Below the pieces are notes generated by a model. The model ran no database searches. It saw only the letters and a program-made list of their open reading frames with translations, and was not told where the DNA came from. The position numbers and the translations under genes were made by a program. DNA of 64,000 nucleotides from Minisyncoccota bacterium (GTDB lineage: Bacteria > Patescibacteriota > Minisyncoccia > Phycocordibacterales > UBA5272): contig JAXLZS010000001.1 of assembly GCA_046350775.1 (NCBI GenBank), forward strand, positions 351,930-415,929, written 5' to 3'. Of this stretch, positions 47,475-58,834 are shown in pieces. Every line of letters starts with the position of its first letter. Position 1 is the first letter of the stretch.

Positions 47475-49967
47475 TTATAATATTGCTAAACTTGCTACCG
47501 AATCCCCGTCTCTCAATTTCATTATCCTCACACCCTGAGTCGCTCTACCTAGAGTGGGAATAGTTTTTAATTCTGTCTTTATGACTTGAGAATTTTTTGA
47601 AATAGCGAGCATCTCAGCTTCTTCGTCGATTATCACTTTAGCGACCATTAATCTTCCAGTCTTTTCTGTGATATTTACAGTCTTGATACCAGATCCCCCT
47701 CTACCTTGTGTCTTATACTCTTCTAAACTCGTCATTTTTCCGTATCCGTTTTCTGTAGCTACAAGTAGTTTTGATTTTTTTGCTGTCTCTTTTTTAATAA
47801 CATCGCAAGCTGCTATATGATCACCTTTATCCAGCTTCATACCACGGACTCCTGCTGCTGTTCTACCCATTTCTCTGACATCATCTTCTGCAAAACGAAT
47901 CGACTGACCTTGTACACTAGTCAAAATAATATCATCTCCCTTTTCTACAAATAAAGCTGATAGTAAGACATCTCCAGCGTCTAGCTTTATAGCAATAAGT
48001 CCTGATCGGCGTACATCTTTAAAGCTTTCGGCACTAGATTTTTTAATAGTGCCATCACGAGTAATCATAGCAAGTGAGAGGGTGGAATTTTTTAATTCTT
48101 TTGGCATTGGTAATATACTTGTCACCTTTTCATCACTACTTATCTGTAAATAATTCATAATACTCTTTCCTCTAGTTGCTCTCTTTCCTTCTGGAATATC
48201 ATACATTTTGATCTGATAGGCTTTTCCTTTATCTGTAAAGAAAAGTAAATCAGAATGAGTAGATGTAGTGAGAGATATAGTGATAAAGTCTTCTTCTTTT
48301 GTATTCATATCAACTACACCGACCCCACCTCTCTTTTGAGTACGAAATTCATCTGGATCGGTACGCTTTACGTATCCACCGGCCGTATAAATTAGCACAG
48401 CCTCTTTTTCAGCAATTAGATCTTCTTGATTAAATTCTTTTGCTTTATGTTTGACTACTTTTGTCCTCCTCTCATCTCCATATTTATCTTTTATTTCTAA
48501 GAGTTCATCTTTTATGATCTTTAGCATCTTTTTTTCACTTGCTAAAATTTCTTTTAACTCAGCAATCAATTCTTGTACAGCTTTCAATTCGTCTTCTATT
48601 TTTTTTCTTTCAAGGCCAGCAAGTCTTTGAAGCTTCATATCGAGGATAGCTTGAGCTTGAGCTGGAGAAAATTTAAATTGCTTTTGTAGCTCTACATGAG
48701 CTTCTTCTACGGATTTAGATTTTCTGATCAATTTTATAATCTCGTCAATATGATCCAGAGCCTTTTTTAGACCTAGTAAAATATGCTCTCTGTCAGACGC
48801 TTTCTTAAGATCAAATTCTGTTCTTCTTTTGACGACTATTCTTCTGTGAAGAATAAATTCCGCTAAGGCTGATTTTAAATTTAAAGTCTGAGGTACACCG
48901 TCTACAAGTGATACAAGATTTACATGGAAAGTCTCTTCTAGTTGAGTGTGTTTATATAAATAATTTAAAACTTTTTGTGGCTCTATTCCAGATTTTAGAT
49001 CAATAGCAATACGAATATCTTTTGTAGATTCATCTCGAAGACCTTTGATACCTTCTATTTTCTTTTCTCGGACCAGATCTGCGATCTTTTCTATTAAAGA
49101 GGACTTTACTACTCTATAAGGAATTGAAGTGATTATGATTTGATAATTTCCATTTTTTAGCTCTACAATATCAGCTTCACCTCTTGTGACAATACCTCCA
49201 CGACCAGTCGCATAAGCATGAGCAATATCACTCTTTCCGTATATCACTCCACCTGTTGGAAAATCTGGACCGGTCACAAATTCGCAAAGATCTTCTGTGG
49301 TCGCGTCTTTGTTTTCAATAAGATGTACAGTGGCATCAATTAATTCATTTAAATTATGTGGCGGAATATTTGTAGCCATTCCTACCGCGATACCGAGAGT
49401 ACCATTTAGAAGAAGATTTGGCACAGCTGTTGGAAGAACTTCCGGCTCTTTTTTAGTACCATCAAAGTTTGGCTTCATATTGATAGTATCTTTTTCTATA
49501 TCACGAAGCATTTCTCCAGAAATCTTTGCCATTTTAGCTTCTGTATAACGATAGGCAGCTGCCCCGTCACCATCTATCGATCCAAAGTTACCCTGACCCC
49601 AGACAAGTGGATATCTATAAGAAAAGTCTTGCGCCATTTTTACCATAGCATCATAAACAGAAGCGTCACCATGTGGATGAAAATTTCCAAGTACGTCTCC
49701 CACCACTGTTGCTGACTTTCTAAATCTAGCAGATGAGGTGAGACCATTTTGATGCATTGAGTAAAGTATTCTTCTGTGTACAGGTTTTAATCCGTCACGA
49801 GCATCAGGCAAAGCACGATCAGTGATGACACTCATCGCATAGTTGATATAGCTTTTTTTCATCTCAGTTGAGATGTCTATATCTACCATCTTGTCATGAT
49901 CTGGATTTGAAACTAATTCTTTTCCAGAATTCAAATCACTGTCCCCTTTTAGGTCTTTTTTTACCAT
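47475..49967 (-). CDS. gyrA: DNA gyrase subunit A
   Basis: Catalytic Tyr region ([11 protein letters not shown]) and a QRDR-like segment. The C-terminal beta-pinwheel repeats end ...SVASLAIL. Confidence 0.9.
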   Translation of the reverse strand: MVKKDLKGDSDLNSGKELVSNPDHDKMVDIDISTEMKKSYINYAMSVITDRALPDARDGLKPVHRRILYSMHQNGLTSSARFRKSATVVGDVLGNFHPHGDASVYDAMVKMAQDFSYRYPLVWGQGNFGSIDGDGAAAYRYTEAKMAKISGEMLRDIEKDTINMKPNFDGTKKEPEVLPTAVPNLLLNGTLGIAVGMATNIPPHNLNELIDATVHLIENKDATTEDLCEFVTGPDFPTGGVIYGKSDIAHAYATGRGGIVTRGEADIVELKNGNYQIIITSIPYRVVKSSLIEKIADLVREKKIEGIKGLRDESTKDIRIAIDLKSGIEPQKVLNYLYKHTQLEETFHVNLVSLVDGVPQTLNLKSALAEFILHRRIVVKRRTEFDLKKASDREHILLGLKKALDHIDEIIKLIRKSKSVEEAHVELQKQFKFSPAQAQAILDMKLQRLAGLERKKIEDELKAVQELIAELKEILASEKKMLKIIKDELLEIKDKYGDERRTKVVKHKAKEFNQEDLIAEKEAVLIYTAGGYVKRTDPDEFRTQKRGGVGVVDMNTKEEDFITISLTTSTHSDLLFFTDKGKAYQIKMYDIPEGKRATRGKSIMNYLQISSDEKVTSILPMPKELKNSTLSLAMITRDGTIKKSSAESFKDVRRSGLIAIKLDAGDVLLSALFVEKGDDIILTSVQGQSIRFAEDDVREMGRTAAGVRGMKLDKGDHIAACDVIKKETAKKSKLLVATENGYGKMTSLEEYKTQGRGGSGIKTVNITEKTGRLMVAKVIIDEEAEMLAISKNSQVIKTELKTIPTLGRATQGVRIMKLRDGDSVASLAIL

Positions 49968-50065
49968 AATTGTCTATATAGATTAATCTTTAATAATATT
50001 TAAAACGCTTTATTTATAAAGAAATTATATCATTTTTTTATATCTATTTCAATGAAATTTTTTAA

Positions 50066-50104
50066 ATAAAAAATAAAAAAGCGCCAAAAATGACGCTTTT
50101 TTCC
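50066..50104 (-). terminator. rho-independent terminator
   Basis: AAAGCG...CGCTTT hairpin followed by a T-tract on the minus strand, downstream of the 50114-50491 gene. Confidence 0.4.
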
Positions 50105-50113
50105 AAAATAAAT

Positions 50114-50491
50114 TTAAGCTCCAGTAGCAACTCTGAAGGCTAGCTCTGCTGAGAGTGTCTTGTATTCCTTATCAAAAGGAACTACTGGCACTTCAGCCAA
50201 CACAGGCTCCAGAATTACACTCTCCCGATTCACAACCACATCTTCTTCGCCTAAAGAAGCAAGAATTTTGTAGTCAGGATCTGAAGCATAATGCTTGAAA
50301 TTTATCCTCATAGAGGATTTTTGTTTTGGAGGCAACACTTCAAACGCTGCCTTGATCTCCTTAAAGATAATCTCGGTGAAAGGATTTTCTTCACCTTCTT
50401 TTTGTTTTCCATACCGAAAAAACAAATTTTCTAAGGCTCCAATATTTCCGTGGCACCTCTTGATAGCTTCTAGCACTTTCTGGTCAAGCAT
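50114..50491 (-). CDS. hypothetical protein
   Basis: 125 aa, somewhat GC-richer than neighbours. No motif recognised. Confidence 0.3.
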   Translation of the reverse strand: MLDQKVLEAIKRCHGNIGALENLFFRYGKQKEGEENPFTEIIFKEIKAAFEVLPPKQKSSMRINFKHYASDPDYKILASLGEEDVVVNRESVILEPVLAEVPVVPFDKEYKTLSAELAFRVATGA

Positions 50492-50589
50492 AAATAAACA
50501 GAATTTATTTGGTTAAAATTAAAAAAGAACGGGAGAACAGTATACACGAAATAATATAAAATGTCAACTAACTTATTTTTAAAAAATGA

Positions 50590-51009
50590 TTAATTGGTCA
50601 TTGAAGACGTACCGGAAACAATGTTTGTAGTAGAAGAATTTTGTTTATCCCCTTCTAAATCTGGAGATTTTGTAGCAGAATCTTTTTTGTTCTTTATATC
50701 AGAAGATATTGAGACTATTTCTTTTATATTGTTTTTAATATCTGAAAATTGAACAGCTGTGTCTTTAAAAAATCTGGAAAAAGATGTGGTCGGTGACACC
50801 ACATTGTTAGCATTGTTTGCAGAAGTGGTAGCATCAATCTGATTTTTATTGTCATAAGAAAAATTAAAAACAGTATCTTTTAGTAAAAAAAATGCTATTG
50901 ATAAAATTATGACCGAAGCAATTATAGAAATAGTCAAAGCAGATCTATGTCTAGTAGCCTCATCACTAGCTCTCATGCGAGTCAAATAATCTTTTATAAA
51001 GTTAGACAT
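50590..51009 (-). CDS. membrane-anchored Ser/Thr/Asn-rich hypothetical protein
   Basis: N-terminal TM and a low-complexity extracellular tail. Confidence 0.3.
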   Translation of the reverse strand: MSNFIKDYLTRMRASDEATRHRSALTISIIASVIILSIAFFLLKDTVFNFSYDNKNQIDATTSANNANNVVSPTTSFSRFFKDTAVQFSDIKNNIKEIVSISSDIKNKKDSATKSPDLEGDKQNSSTTNIVSGTSSMTN

Positions 51010-51054
51010 ATATATATGAGTAAATCTTGATAAATTAATTATACTACAAAATTT

Positions 51055-51702
51055 TTATACCTTAAAAAGTACAACTTCTCCTTGCTTACTCTCAATATCT
51101 TTTCTTTTTATAGTCAGCTTTTCAACTTTTTCAATTTTAGAAATGTCTGTGCCAGATTCTTTTAAAAATAATTTTAAAGAAGCCTCATCATAATCCATAG
51201 GTATGACAAGCTTTGGCTCAAGCTTGGTAGCGAGCTTACTGGCATCATAAGCATTGAGCATATCTTCACTACTTGAGACTGGGACAAATAAAATATCTAT
51301 CTCATCAATTATTTCTTTTTGCTCAGGAGTCAGATCTTCGTGAAGACAACCCAAAAAACAAATTCTCATATTATCGACTGTCATCACATAGCTGGTATTT
51401 TGTAATTTTGTCTTGGTTTTTGATTTCGCATCTAGAGGCAATTCCACAAAAGATCCAAATCCTTTTATAAAAATATCTTGGACCTCATATTCACCTGGTG
51501 AAGAAATTACAAAAGGTTTTCTGTCGCCAAAACTCATCAAATCTCCACCATTGTAATCAGGAGTATTTGTGGTAATAAAGACTACGTCTGCACCGTATTT
51601 ATTTGTGTCAAATTTTGAATCTTTTGAGACAGGATTAAAAGACAAAGTGAGATCTCCTAATTGAATTTTGAAATGCTGTTTATTGAAATGAGTGATAATC
51701 AT
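51055..51702 (-). CDS. metallo-beta-lactamase-fold hydrolase-like protein (UPF0173/UlaG-like)
   Basis: N-terminus MIITHFNKQHFKIQLGDLTLSFNPV resembles MKITWLGHAAFL..ILIDPW of MBL-fold metal hydrolases. The classic HxHxDH motif is not evident. Confidence 0.4.
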   Translation of the reverse strand: MIITHFNKQHFKIQLGDLTLSFNPVSKDSKFDTNKYGADVVFITTNTPDYNGGDLMSFGDRKPFVISSPGEYEVQDIFIKGFGSFVELPLDAKSKTKTKLQNTSYVMTVDNMRICFLGCLHEDLTPEQKEIIDEIDILFVPVSSSEDMLNAYDASKLATKLEPKLVIPMDYDEASLKLFLKESGTDISKIEKVEKLTIKRKDIESKQGEVVLFKV

Positions 51703-51739
51703 ATATTTAATATTGAAAGTATTTTAACATTTTTAAACT

Positions 51740-51776
51740 TTTTTTAAAAGAAAAACTTCCGCCACGGCGGAAGTTA
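51740..51776 (-). terminator. rho-independent terminator
   Basis: CTTCCGCC..GGCGGAAG GC-rich hairpin followed by a T-tract on the minus strand, downstream of the 51797-52366 gene. Confidence 0.55.
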
Positions 51777-51796
51777 AGATGTTAACACTTTTTAAT

Positions 51797-52366
51797 CTAC
51801 CTTCTCTTGTAATTTTCAAAGATTTTAGGAGCCAGGTGCTTATCTACACCGACATACCACTCTTTACCAGACATATCACACGATGGAGCGCAATCACGGA
51901 AATCAAAATTACGGCCTTCGATAGTCTTAGTCTCTGAAAAATGAATAATGGAGTGAAAGAATCCTTTTTCATTTCCCCAAAAAGCAGTCGTGGGAAAATC
52001 TTTAGCAAAATCAACATCTGTATGATTAACAGACAATTGCAAAGAAGGATGACCAACAATCTCATTTGAGATATGTAAATCTATCACATCATTTCTGCTC
52101 AGCTTTCTCGGTCCATCGACTCGGAAGAACCAAAGATCTACAAAATCAGATTTTAGCGGTTTTGGTAACGCCTCAATAAAAGATAGAGAGCCTGAAGGCT
52201 TTTTATTGTAAAAAGCGTGATCAAACTTGTTTAGTCTGATTAAATCTTCGAAAGATAAATCAGGAAAATTTTTCAATCTCACTTTAAATAAATTTTTTTT
52301 ATAAAATAACAAAGTGAGACCAGACTTGCGTGTAATTTCTTCTATAACAGGCAAATTGTTTTTCAT
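51797..52366 (-). CDS. hypothetical protein
   Basis: 189 aa. No motif recognised. Confidence 0.3.
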   Translation of the reverse strand: MKNNLPVIEEITRKSGLTLLFYKKNLFKVRLKNFPDLSFEDLIRLNKFDHAFYNKKPSGSLSFIEALPKPLKSDFVDLWFFRVDGPRKLSRNDVIDLHISNEIVGHPSLQLSVNHTDVDFAKDFPTTAFWGNEKGFFHSIIHFSETKTIEGRNFDFRDCAPSCDMSGKEWYVGVDKHLAPKIFENYKRR

Positions 52367-52538
52367 GACTGTAATGGGTTTTTGGTTAATTAAATTATTT
52401 AAAAAGAACTATTTTTATCCTATCACCACGATAATTAGTTGTCAAATAAAATCCCATCACCCCTATTTACTTTTATTAAATAAATGATAGAATACATATC
52501 TAAAGTTCTTTATTTTTAACCCATAAATCTAATGGTCT

Positions 52539-52751
52539 ATGTCTATGCTAGAATCGAATTTAAAAAAATTTGATTGCAACGATTGTCTTAATTCAAAACA
52601 TGGATGCATAAACAAAATTAAGGCAGACAATTGTCCTGGAGGTATAAAACTCCATCAATTGACAGATGACAAAATTCCAGAATCGCTTTACTTCTTATGC
52701 AAGGGCAGGCCACGAATACCTTGCCACAAAATGGAAAAGAAAGTTGCATAA
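52539..52751 (+). CDS. small Cys-rich protein (possible zinc ribbon)
   Basis: 70 aa with CNDC...C...C...C...C spacing. Confidence 0.3.
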   Translation: MSMLESNLKKFDCNDCLNSKHGCINKIKADNCPGGIKLHQLTDDKIPESLYFLCKGRPRIPCHKMEKKVA

Positions 52752-52767
52752 AGAAGTTCGAGCAAAA

Positions 52768-52799
52768 AAGCGAATATATTTCTATATTCGCTTTTTTTA
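52768..52799. terminator. bidirectional rho-independent terminator
   Basis: GCGAATATA-TTTC-TATATTCGC hairpin flanked by an A-tract and a T-tract, between convergent genes (small Cys-rich ORF and ftsH). Confidence 0.65.
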
Positions 52800-52812
52800 T
52801 TTGTAGCAGATT

Positions 52813-54756
52813 TTATTTTTTCACCTCAATTCCGTGAAGAGTTAGAATCTTTTCAAAGTCTTCTCTTTCAATATTTTCTTTTTCAATCAATTCTTTTGTG
52901 ATGTAATCTAATACACCTCTTTTTTCTTTTACAATTCTTTTTGCTGTCTCAAGACCTTCTTCACAAATCTTTTTTATTTCCTCATCAACTTTATCAGCCA
53001 ATTGGAAACCAATAATATTTTTTGAATCTTGCAGATTTCCATAAATCACTTTTTTCTCATCACTTTCAATAGCAAAAGGTCCGACGGAGCTACTCATACC
53101 ATATTTCATCACCATATCACGAGCCATAGATGTGATCTGTTGTAGATCGCCGGATGGACCAGTAGACACATCACCATAGACTTCCAGCTCAGCCGCATAT
53201 CCTCCAAAAGCCATCGCGATATCAGCTATAAAATCATTTTTAGTTAAAAGTCTTTTATCGTCTAGTGGCAACTTCCAAGTAAAACCTCCACCATTTCCTC
53301 TTGAAATGATAGAAATTTTATGCACCGGATCAGCATTTGGTAGAAGTGAAGCGACGAGAGCATGTCCTGCTTCGTGATAAGCTGTCTTCTCTTTTTCTTT
53401 ATCTGATAGAAGATGTGTCTTTCTTTCTGGGCCAAGCATGACTTTTTCAATACTTCTTATAAGATCATATTGGGAAATATTTTTTCTCCCTTCACGAGCT
53501 GCAAGTATTGCCCCCTCATTCATAATTGATGCCAGATCTGCCCCAGAGAGACCAGGAGTCCTTTCTGCAATCACTTTCAAATTCACGTCTTCTGCTAGAG
53601 GCTTATTCTTTTTGTGAACATTTAAAATTTCTTCACGACTTTCTCTATCTGGTAAATCTATCATCACTCTTCTATCAAATCTTCCTGGACGAAGAAGGGC
53701 TCTATCTAGCACATCTGGACGATTTGTCGCAGCGATGACAATTAGTTTTTCATTTGGCTCAAAACCATCCATTTCTACCAATATCTGATTAAGTGTCTGC
53801 TCTCTTTCGTCATTTCCTCCTCCGAGACCGACTCCTCTTGCACGCCCCACAGCATCTATCTCATCAATGAAAATAATTGCTGGGGAATTTAGTTTAGCCT
53901 CCTTAAATAGATCGCGCACACGACTTGCTCCAACTCCTACAAACATCTCTACAAATTCTGATCCTGATAAATGATAAAATGGTACACCCGCCTCGCCTGC
54001 CACAGCTCTAGCAAGAAGAGTCTTTCCTGTGCCTGGCGCCCCCATAAGTAAAAGTCCTTTTGGAATTTTTGCTCCAATATCAAGAAACTTCTTAGGATTT
54101 TTTAAAAAATCTACAACTTCTTCCAGCTCTTGTTTTGCTTCTTTTGCGCCAGCCACATCTTTAAAAGTAATTTTTTGTTTTGCGTCATTTGGATCAATTA
54201 ATTTTGCTCTAGTTTGTCCAAAAGAGAGAGCTTGCATATTTGCTCCTTTTACTCCGCGAAGTAGCATCCAGACCATTCCTACCAATACGACTATCGGCAA
54301 AAGAAATGGTAAAAGATCTGTCCAAAAATTAAAACCAGAGTTATCTTCTATTTTTATATTTAAAGTATTAATAGTAGAAGTAGATACTCCATAATTTTTT
54401 AAAACATTTAAAAAGCTTTCATTAGTTTCCTTTTGAGTGACAAGCAACGTATTTGTACCGTCTTCAATAGAAACTTTGTCACCTGAGACAAAAATATTTT
54501 TCATAGTAGTTGAAGAAGTTGAAGCGTTATTCTCGACTAGATTTATCTTTTTTACAATCTCATTCATTGAGACAGGTATCTCTTTTCTCTTGCTATCTTC
54601 TCCGGAATACTTTGTTAATAAAGAGTAAGCTGATACAAGTATTAAAAAGAAAATCACTAAATTAAATAGCTGCCAAAAGATACTTTTAGGCTTTTTATTT
54701 TTATTATTTTCCCTATTTTGAGGAACTTTGATCTTTTTAATTTTAATTTTTATCAT
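52813..54756 (-). CDS. ftsH: ATP-dependent zinc metalloprotease FtsH
   Basis: Two N-terminal TMs, an AAA+ module (GPPGTGKT-like [11 protein letters not shown], Walker [13 protein letters not shown]), and an M41 HEAGH zinc motif. Confidence 0.95.
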   Translation of the reverse strand: MIKIKIKKIKVPQNRENNKNKKPKSIFWQLFNLVIFFLILVSAYSLLTKYSGEDSKRKEIPVSMNEIVKKINLVENNASTSSTTMKNIFVSGDKVSIEDGTNTLLVTQKETNESFLNVLKNYGVSTSTINTLNIKIEDNSGFNFWTDLLPFLLPIVVLVGMVWMLLRGVKGANMQALSFGQTRAKLIDPNDAKQKITFKDVAGAKEAKQELEEVVDFLKNPKKFLDIGAKIPKGLLLMGAPGTGKTLLARAVAGEAGVPFYHLSGSEFVEMFVGVGASRVRDLFKEAKLNSPAIIFIDEIDAVGRARGVGLGGGNDEREQTLNQILVEMDGFEPNEKLIVIAATNRPDVLDRALLRPGRFDRRVMIDLPDRESREEILNVHKKNKPLAEDVNLKVIAERTPGLSGADLASIMNEGAILAAREGRKNISQYDLIRSIEKVMLGPERKTHLLSDKEKEKTAYHEAGHALVASLLPNADPVHKISIISRGNGGGFTWKLPLDDKRLLTKNDFIADIAMAFGGYAAELEVYGDVSTGPSGDLQQITSMARDMVMKYGMSSSVGPFAIESDEKKVIYGNLQDSKNIIGFQLADKVDEEIKKICEEGLETAKRIVKEKRGVLDYITKELIEKENIEREDFEKILTLHGIEVKK

Positions 54757-54806
54757 ATTTATATATGGAGAAATATTACCACAAATATGCTAAAATGTGA
54801 AAAACT

Positions 54807-55250
54807 ATGTCTCTTGTAGAAAACAAAAAAATACATTTAAATTACGAAATCAAAGACAAACTTGAGGCTGGCCTCGAGCTAATTGGCAATGAAGTCAAAG
54901 CAATAAGAAATAATAAAGCACAAATCGACGGAGCCAAAGTCATAATTCGTGGTGGTGAGGCTTTTCTTGTCGGCATGAATGTCTCTCCCTATCAAAATTC
55001 TAAAGGTGAAAGTGAAAATCAAAAAAATGTAAAAAATGACAGAACAAGAAGATTGCTTTTAAAAAAATCAGAGATCCTAAAACTAGCCACCGAATCTGAA
55101 AAAGGTCTCTCCCTACTCCCTATCAAGATCTACGATCATCACGGTCTCTTAAAATTAGAAATTGGAATTGGTAAAAGAAAAAATAAATCTGACAAAAGAG
55201 AAACTATAAAATTAAAAGAGTTTAAAAAAGAAAAGAAAGATGTTATATAA
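54807..55250 (+). CDS. smpB: SsrA-binding protein SmpB
   Basis: A 147-aa SmpB fold (…NEVKAIRNNKAQIDGAKVIIRGGEAFLVGMNVSPY…) with a basic C-terminal tail. tmRNA is encoded about 700 nt downstream. Confidence 0.85.
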   Translation: MSLVENKKIHLNYEIKDKLEAGLELIGNEVKAIRNNKAQIDGAKVIIRGGEAFLVGMNVSPYQNSKGESENQKNVKNDRTRRLLLKKSEILKLATESEKGLSLLPIKIYDHHGLLKLEIGIGKRKNKSDKRETIKLKEFKKEKKDVI

Positions 55251-55261
55251 AAGATTGATAA

Positions 55262-55840
55262 TTATTTCTTTTTTCTAAATAAAATAATACCTGCACATAC
55301 ACCATTAGATAAAAACAGACTAATTAAATAGACTGATGTAGTAAGACTAAAATACGATAAAGCTCCTAAAGCAAATAAACTAGATAAGGAACTAAAAAAA
55401 TATGTAGAAAAAGTTTCTGTTTCTGGCTCTTCAAAAGATTTTCTTATTGTTGGTAAAAATCCAACAAGATCTGTAATTGTCACAACAATAACAGACCAAA
55501 ATGGATTATTTAGAAAAAAATAAATAATCACTGCTATCAATGCTCCCATTAAACAAATCTTATCAAAAAGTTTTATGTTTTTTGTACCATAAAAAAAGGA
55601 AAGTATAAAGATAAAAAAACATAATATAGCGCCAAAAGCCAGAGATAAGACACCTAACTTTGCTCCTGCATTTAACATTGCCAAGACTCCAACAGTCTGA
55701 AGAATTGTCCATATAAACCATGTATATAGGTGAGGCTTTGTTTTTCCTTTAAAGATATCTGATATATACGGTATAAAGCAATAAATTCCTACTATAGTAG
55801 ATAGTATAGTAAATAGTATTTGATATTGCTGATTAAACAT
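55262..55840 (-). CDS. polytopic membrane protein, hypothetical
   Basis: 192 aa with about 6 TM helices. No motif recognised. Confidence 0.3.
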   Translation of the reverse strand: MFNQQYQILFTILSTIVGIYCFIPYISDIFKGKTKPHLYTWFIWTILQTVGVLAMLNAGAKLGVLSLAFGAILCFFIFILSFFYGTKNIKLFDKICLMGALIAVIIYFFLNNPFWSVIVVTITDLVGFLPTIRKSFEEPETETFSTYFFSSLSSLFALGALSYFSLTTSVYLISLFLSNGVCAGIILFRKKK

Positions 55841-55916
55841 ATATTACAATAATAACACACCTATAAATATGAATTTAAAAACTCTACTATTGTTTGATAA
55901 TGTTTTTAAATTTAAC

Positions 55917-55945
55917 TTGCTAAAAATAAAAAAGTATTATATAAT
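55917..55945 (+). promoter_or_regulatory. sigma70-type promoter of ssrA
   Basis: TTGCTA, a 17-nt spacer, and TATAAT, with the tmRNA 5' G 9 nt downstream. Confidence 0.55.
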
Positions 55946-55954
55946 ATATGTATT

Positions 55955-56343
55955 GGGAGTGTCAGGATTCGACACTTAATTCTTTGTAAATGTGGTCTTC
56001 GATAATGAAAGTGAATCGCTAAAAAACTTTCACCTACGCTGCAAACAATACAGCAAAAGCAATCCGCTCACCATTTATGGCGTACGGATTCGCTCCAGTA
56101 GCCGCTTAATTTTAAGCCGCTCCGGTGTCACCTCTCACTACATGACGTGGGAGATCTGACAATATAAAGATCATGTGTAGAAAATTTTCTTTTCGTATTT
56201 ATGAAAATTTTTGAAATGTAAAAATACTAAGCTAGATAATTTTTCTTATTTTATATATCTAGTCGAAAAATAAAAAATAAGATATGAGACTAGAGTCATT
56301 TATAAAAATTAATTGCACGGGGGTTCAACTCCCCCCACTTCCA
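55955..56343 (+). ncRNA. ssrA: tmRNA (SsrA)
   Basis: The 5' end GGGAGUGUCAGGAUUCGACAC carries the conserved GGAUUCGAC box. The 3' tRNA-like end is CGGGGGUUCAACUCCCCC + CACUUCC + A, and the acceptor pairs GGGAGUG/CACUUCC. The internal tag frame ends ...MAYGFAPVAA followed by UAA-UUU-UAA. Confidence 0.85.
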
Positions 56344-56551
56344 CAAAATCAGTTAATTAAACTTAATAATAAACCACATCAAAAGTCTCACGAAGAGATA
56401 AAGTAAAAATACAATACACCAAATAAATTTTTCAAAAAGTGAGACCAGAAATGAATCCATATAAAAATAAAATATCAAAATAATAAAAGTTTTACAAAAA
56501 TGACTTTTTTATGGATTGTGTTATAATTAACATTATAAAAACATAAAAACT

Positions 56552-56881
56552 ATGGAAAACTTAAATCAAATAGAACAAGCAAACAAAGTATTAAACAACC
56601 CAGCAATGATGGTAAGTGAAGAGCACATAGCGCCATTTGTACTATTAATAGTCTCTGTGTTAGTAGTACTCATGATCTGGAGTCTCGTCTGGAAGGCTCT
56701 TGCAATGTGGAAAGCAGCTAGAAAAGGAGACAAGGTATGGTTTGTAGTGTTTTTAATTATCAATACTCTGGGTATACTAGATATACTTTATATATATGTA
56801 TTTAGTAAAGACAGTAAAAAATCTGTCACTAATAAGAATACAGACTCATCTACTCCGACAATAAACGAAACAAAAAACTAA
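56552..56881 (+). CDS. small membrane protein, hypothetical
   Basis: 109 aa with 2 TM helices. Its stop overlaps the infC start. Confidence 0.3.
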   Translation: MENLNQIEQANKVLNNPAMMVSEEHIAPFVLLIVSVLVVLMIWSLVWKALAMWKAARKGDKVWFVVFLIINTLGILDILYIYVFSKDSKKSVTNKNTDSSTPTINETKN

Positions 56882-57466
56882 ATGACAACCAATAATAACC
56901 CTCAATCCCAGACAAATACTGGTGGAGACAATCCATTTTTCCAGAAAAGAAATTTAAATAAAGTAAGTATCAATAATCAGATACGTGCTTTTGAAATGCG
57001 TGTCATAGATCAAAATGGTAAAAATCTTGGTGTAATTAGTAAAGATGAAGCATTGAGACTGGCCAAAGAATCTGGACTTGATCTCATAGAAGTCTCTTCT
57101 ACTGTCAATCCGCCTATTTGTAAAATAGCCGACTATGGAAAGCATGCTTATGAAATGAGTAAAAAGAAAAAAGAAGTCAAAGCTAAACAAGTAAACAGCG
57201 AGACGAAAAACATTCAACTAAGTGTAGAGATTGGAGAGAATGACCTCAATATTAAAGCTAAAAGAGCTGCGGAATGGATAAAAGAAGGTCACAGAGTCAA
57301 AATAGAACTCCAACTAAAAGGCCGTACAAAATTCATGGAGGAGAGCTTTTTACGCGAAAGACTCAATAGAATACTAGCCATAATCCCTGCTGAGTATAAA
57401 ATAGCCGAACCAATCAAAAAGGTCGGAAACAAATCCTTTATCGTGGTACTTGAAAAAGTCAAATAA
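56882..57466 (+). CDS. infC: translation initiation factor IF-3
   Basis: IRAFEMRVIDQNGKNLGVISKDEALRLAKESGLDLIEVS is the classic IF-3 N-domain, and the C-domain is present. It is followed by rpmI-rplT. Confidence 0.85.
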   Translation: MTTNNNPQSQTNTGGDNPFFQKRNLNKVSINNQIRAFEMRVIDQNGKNLGVISKDEALRLAKESGLDLIEVSSTVNPPICKIADYGKHAYEMSKKKKEVKAKQVNSETKNIQLSVEIGENDLNIKAKRAAEWIKEGHRVKIELQLKGRTKFMEESFLRERLNRILAIIPAEYKIAEPIKKVGNKSFIVVLEKVK

Positions 57467-57530
57467 ATGTGCTAAGATTTACTAACTAATTAAGGATTCC
57501 GACACCCTTTGTGTCTCGAATTTTATTTTT

Positions 57531-57728
57531 ATGAAAACAAATAAATCATTATTAAAAAGACTAAAAATCACAAAGACTGGTAAGATTCTTGGAAGAAAGC
57601 CTGGTTTTAACCACTTCAACTCAAGACAAAGCAGAGTTAAGCAGCTTGCTGGTAAAAAGATGAAAGAGTTCAAAATGACAGGAGCAGCAAAAAGAAGATT
57701 TTTGCCTGGATTATTAAAGAGTAGATAA
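57531..57728 (+). CDS. rpmI: 50S ribosomal protein L35
   Basis: 65-aa basic protein matching L35 (KTGKILGRKPGFNHFN), in the conserved infC-rpmI-rplT context. Confidence 0.7.
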   Translation: MKTNKSLLKRLKITKTGKILGRKPGFNHFNSRQSRVKQLAGKKMKEFKMTGAAKRRFLPGLLKSR

Positions 57729-57748
57729 TTATTATATAAATTAAATTT

Positions 57749-58093
57749 ATGTCTAGAGTAAAAAGAAGCGCAGTCGCAATGAAGCATCGTCGCAATGTCC
57801 TAGCAAGAGCAAAAGGATACAGATTTGGACGTAGCAAAAAAGAAGTAGAAGCAAAAGTAGCTCTCAGAAAAGCTGGATCACATGCATTTGCACACAGAAA
57901 AGATAAAAAGAATGATATGAGAAAGCTCTGGAATGTAAAAATGAATGCAGCTTTAAGAGAATTGGGTACAACTTACAGCAAATTCATAAATGCATTAAAA
58001 GTAAAAAACATTCTTCTTGATCGTAAAGTCCTAGCAGACCTAGCAGAAAACAATCCTGAAGTATTCAAAAAAATTGTAGAAGCTACAAAGTAA
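57749..58093 (+). CDS. rplT: 50S ribosomal protein L20
   Basis: MSRVKRSAVAMKHRRNVLARAKGYRFGRSK... is a canonical L20 N-terminus. Confidence 0.9.
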   Translation: MSRVKRSAVAMKHRRNVLARAKGYRFGRSKKEVEAKVALRKAGSHAFAHRKDKKNDMRKLWNVKMNAALRELGTTYSKFINALKVKNILLDRKVLADLAENNPEVFKKIVEATK

Positions 58094-58107
58094 TACAATA
58101 AATAAAA

Positions 58108-58136
58108 AAACCTCGTAACTTTACGAGGTTTTTTAT
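58108..58136 (+). terminator. rho-independent terminator of the infC-rpmI-rplT operon
   Basis: CCTCGTA-ACTT-TACGAGG hairpin followed by TTTTTTATTT. Confidence 0.65.
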
Positions 58137-58186
58137 TTATTTAAGCTCCTGTCTCAATGTCAAATAATTTCATATATTTAAATATA

Positions 58187-58795
58187 CTATACTTTCGCTT
58201 TTAATTCTTCTACCATATTTGCATCCCCCATTTCCATTCTCTCTTTCCCTTCTTTTACTAGAGCTATAAGTCTCTCTATCATTCTTTGCGGATTTGAATC
58301 GAAAATCACGTTTGGATTGGTGCGATTACTATTCCTAATTACGTCTCTTATGACCGCATCTGTGGCCCACGGACCCTCTAAAATACCCACTGGCATATTT
58401 GATTCAAAAGCGACAGTAAACTCATGTATAGTACCAATTCTGCCACAACCAATAATCATCGCATCCGAACTCTTGGTCAAGAGTATATCTCTCACAGGAA
58501 AACCAAATCCTGTAAATATGATCACATCACAAGAATCTAAAGGTAAAAGATATAATTCTGTATGCTCTTTTTCATTTGCAGCAGGAGAAAGTCCTAAAGA
58601 GAATTTACCTTTGGCTTCTTTATAACCTTGTGCAGCAGCATGAGGCCAACCGCTCGTAGCACCAGTAGAAAGTATACAGCCTTGTTTTGCGATTTCTCTA
58701 CCAACCTCTTTTGATATGTTTAAAGATTCTGGCCCACAATGCGCTACTTCAGCAGCACCAGAGACAGCAATAACTATTTTCTTTTCGTAATCCAT
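58187..58795 (-). CDS. LOG/TIGR00725-family Rossmann-fold nucleotide-binding protein
   Basis: KKIVIAVSGAAE...GCILSTGATSGWPHAAAQG...IIFTGFGFP...MIIGCGRIGTIHE matches the LOG (lysine-decarboxylase-like/SLOG) fold pattern. Confidence 0.5.
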   Translation of the reverse strand: MDYEKKIVIAVSGAAEVAHCGPESLNISKEVGREIAKQGCILSTGATSGWPHAAAQGYKEAKGKFSLGLSPAANEKEHTELYLLPLDSCDVIIFTGFGFPVRDILLTKSSDAMIIGCGRIGTIHEFTVAFESNMPVGILEGPWATDAVIRDVIRNSNRTNPNVIFDSNPQRMIERLIALVKEGKERMEMGDANMVEELKAKV

Positions 58796-58834
58796 ATAAA
58801 TTTTATATTACAAAAATTATATCACAATTTAAAA

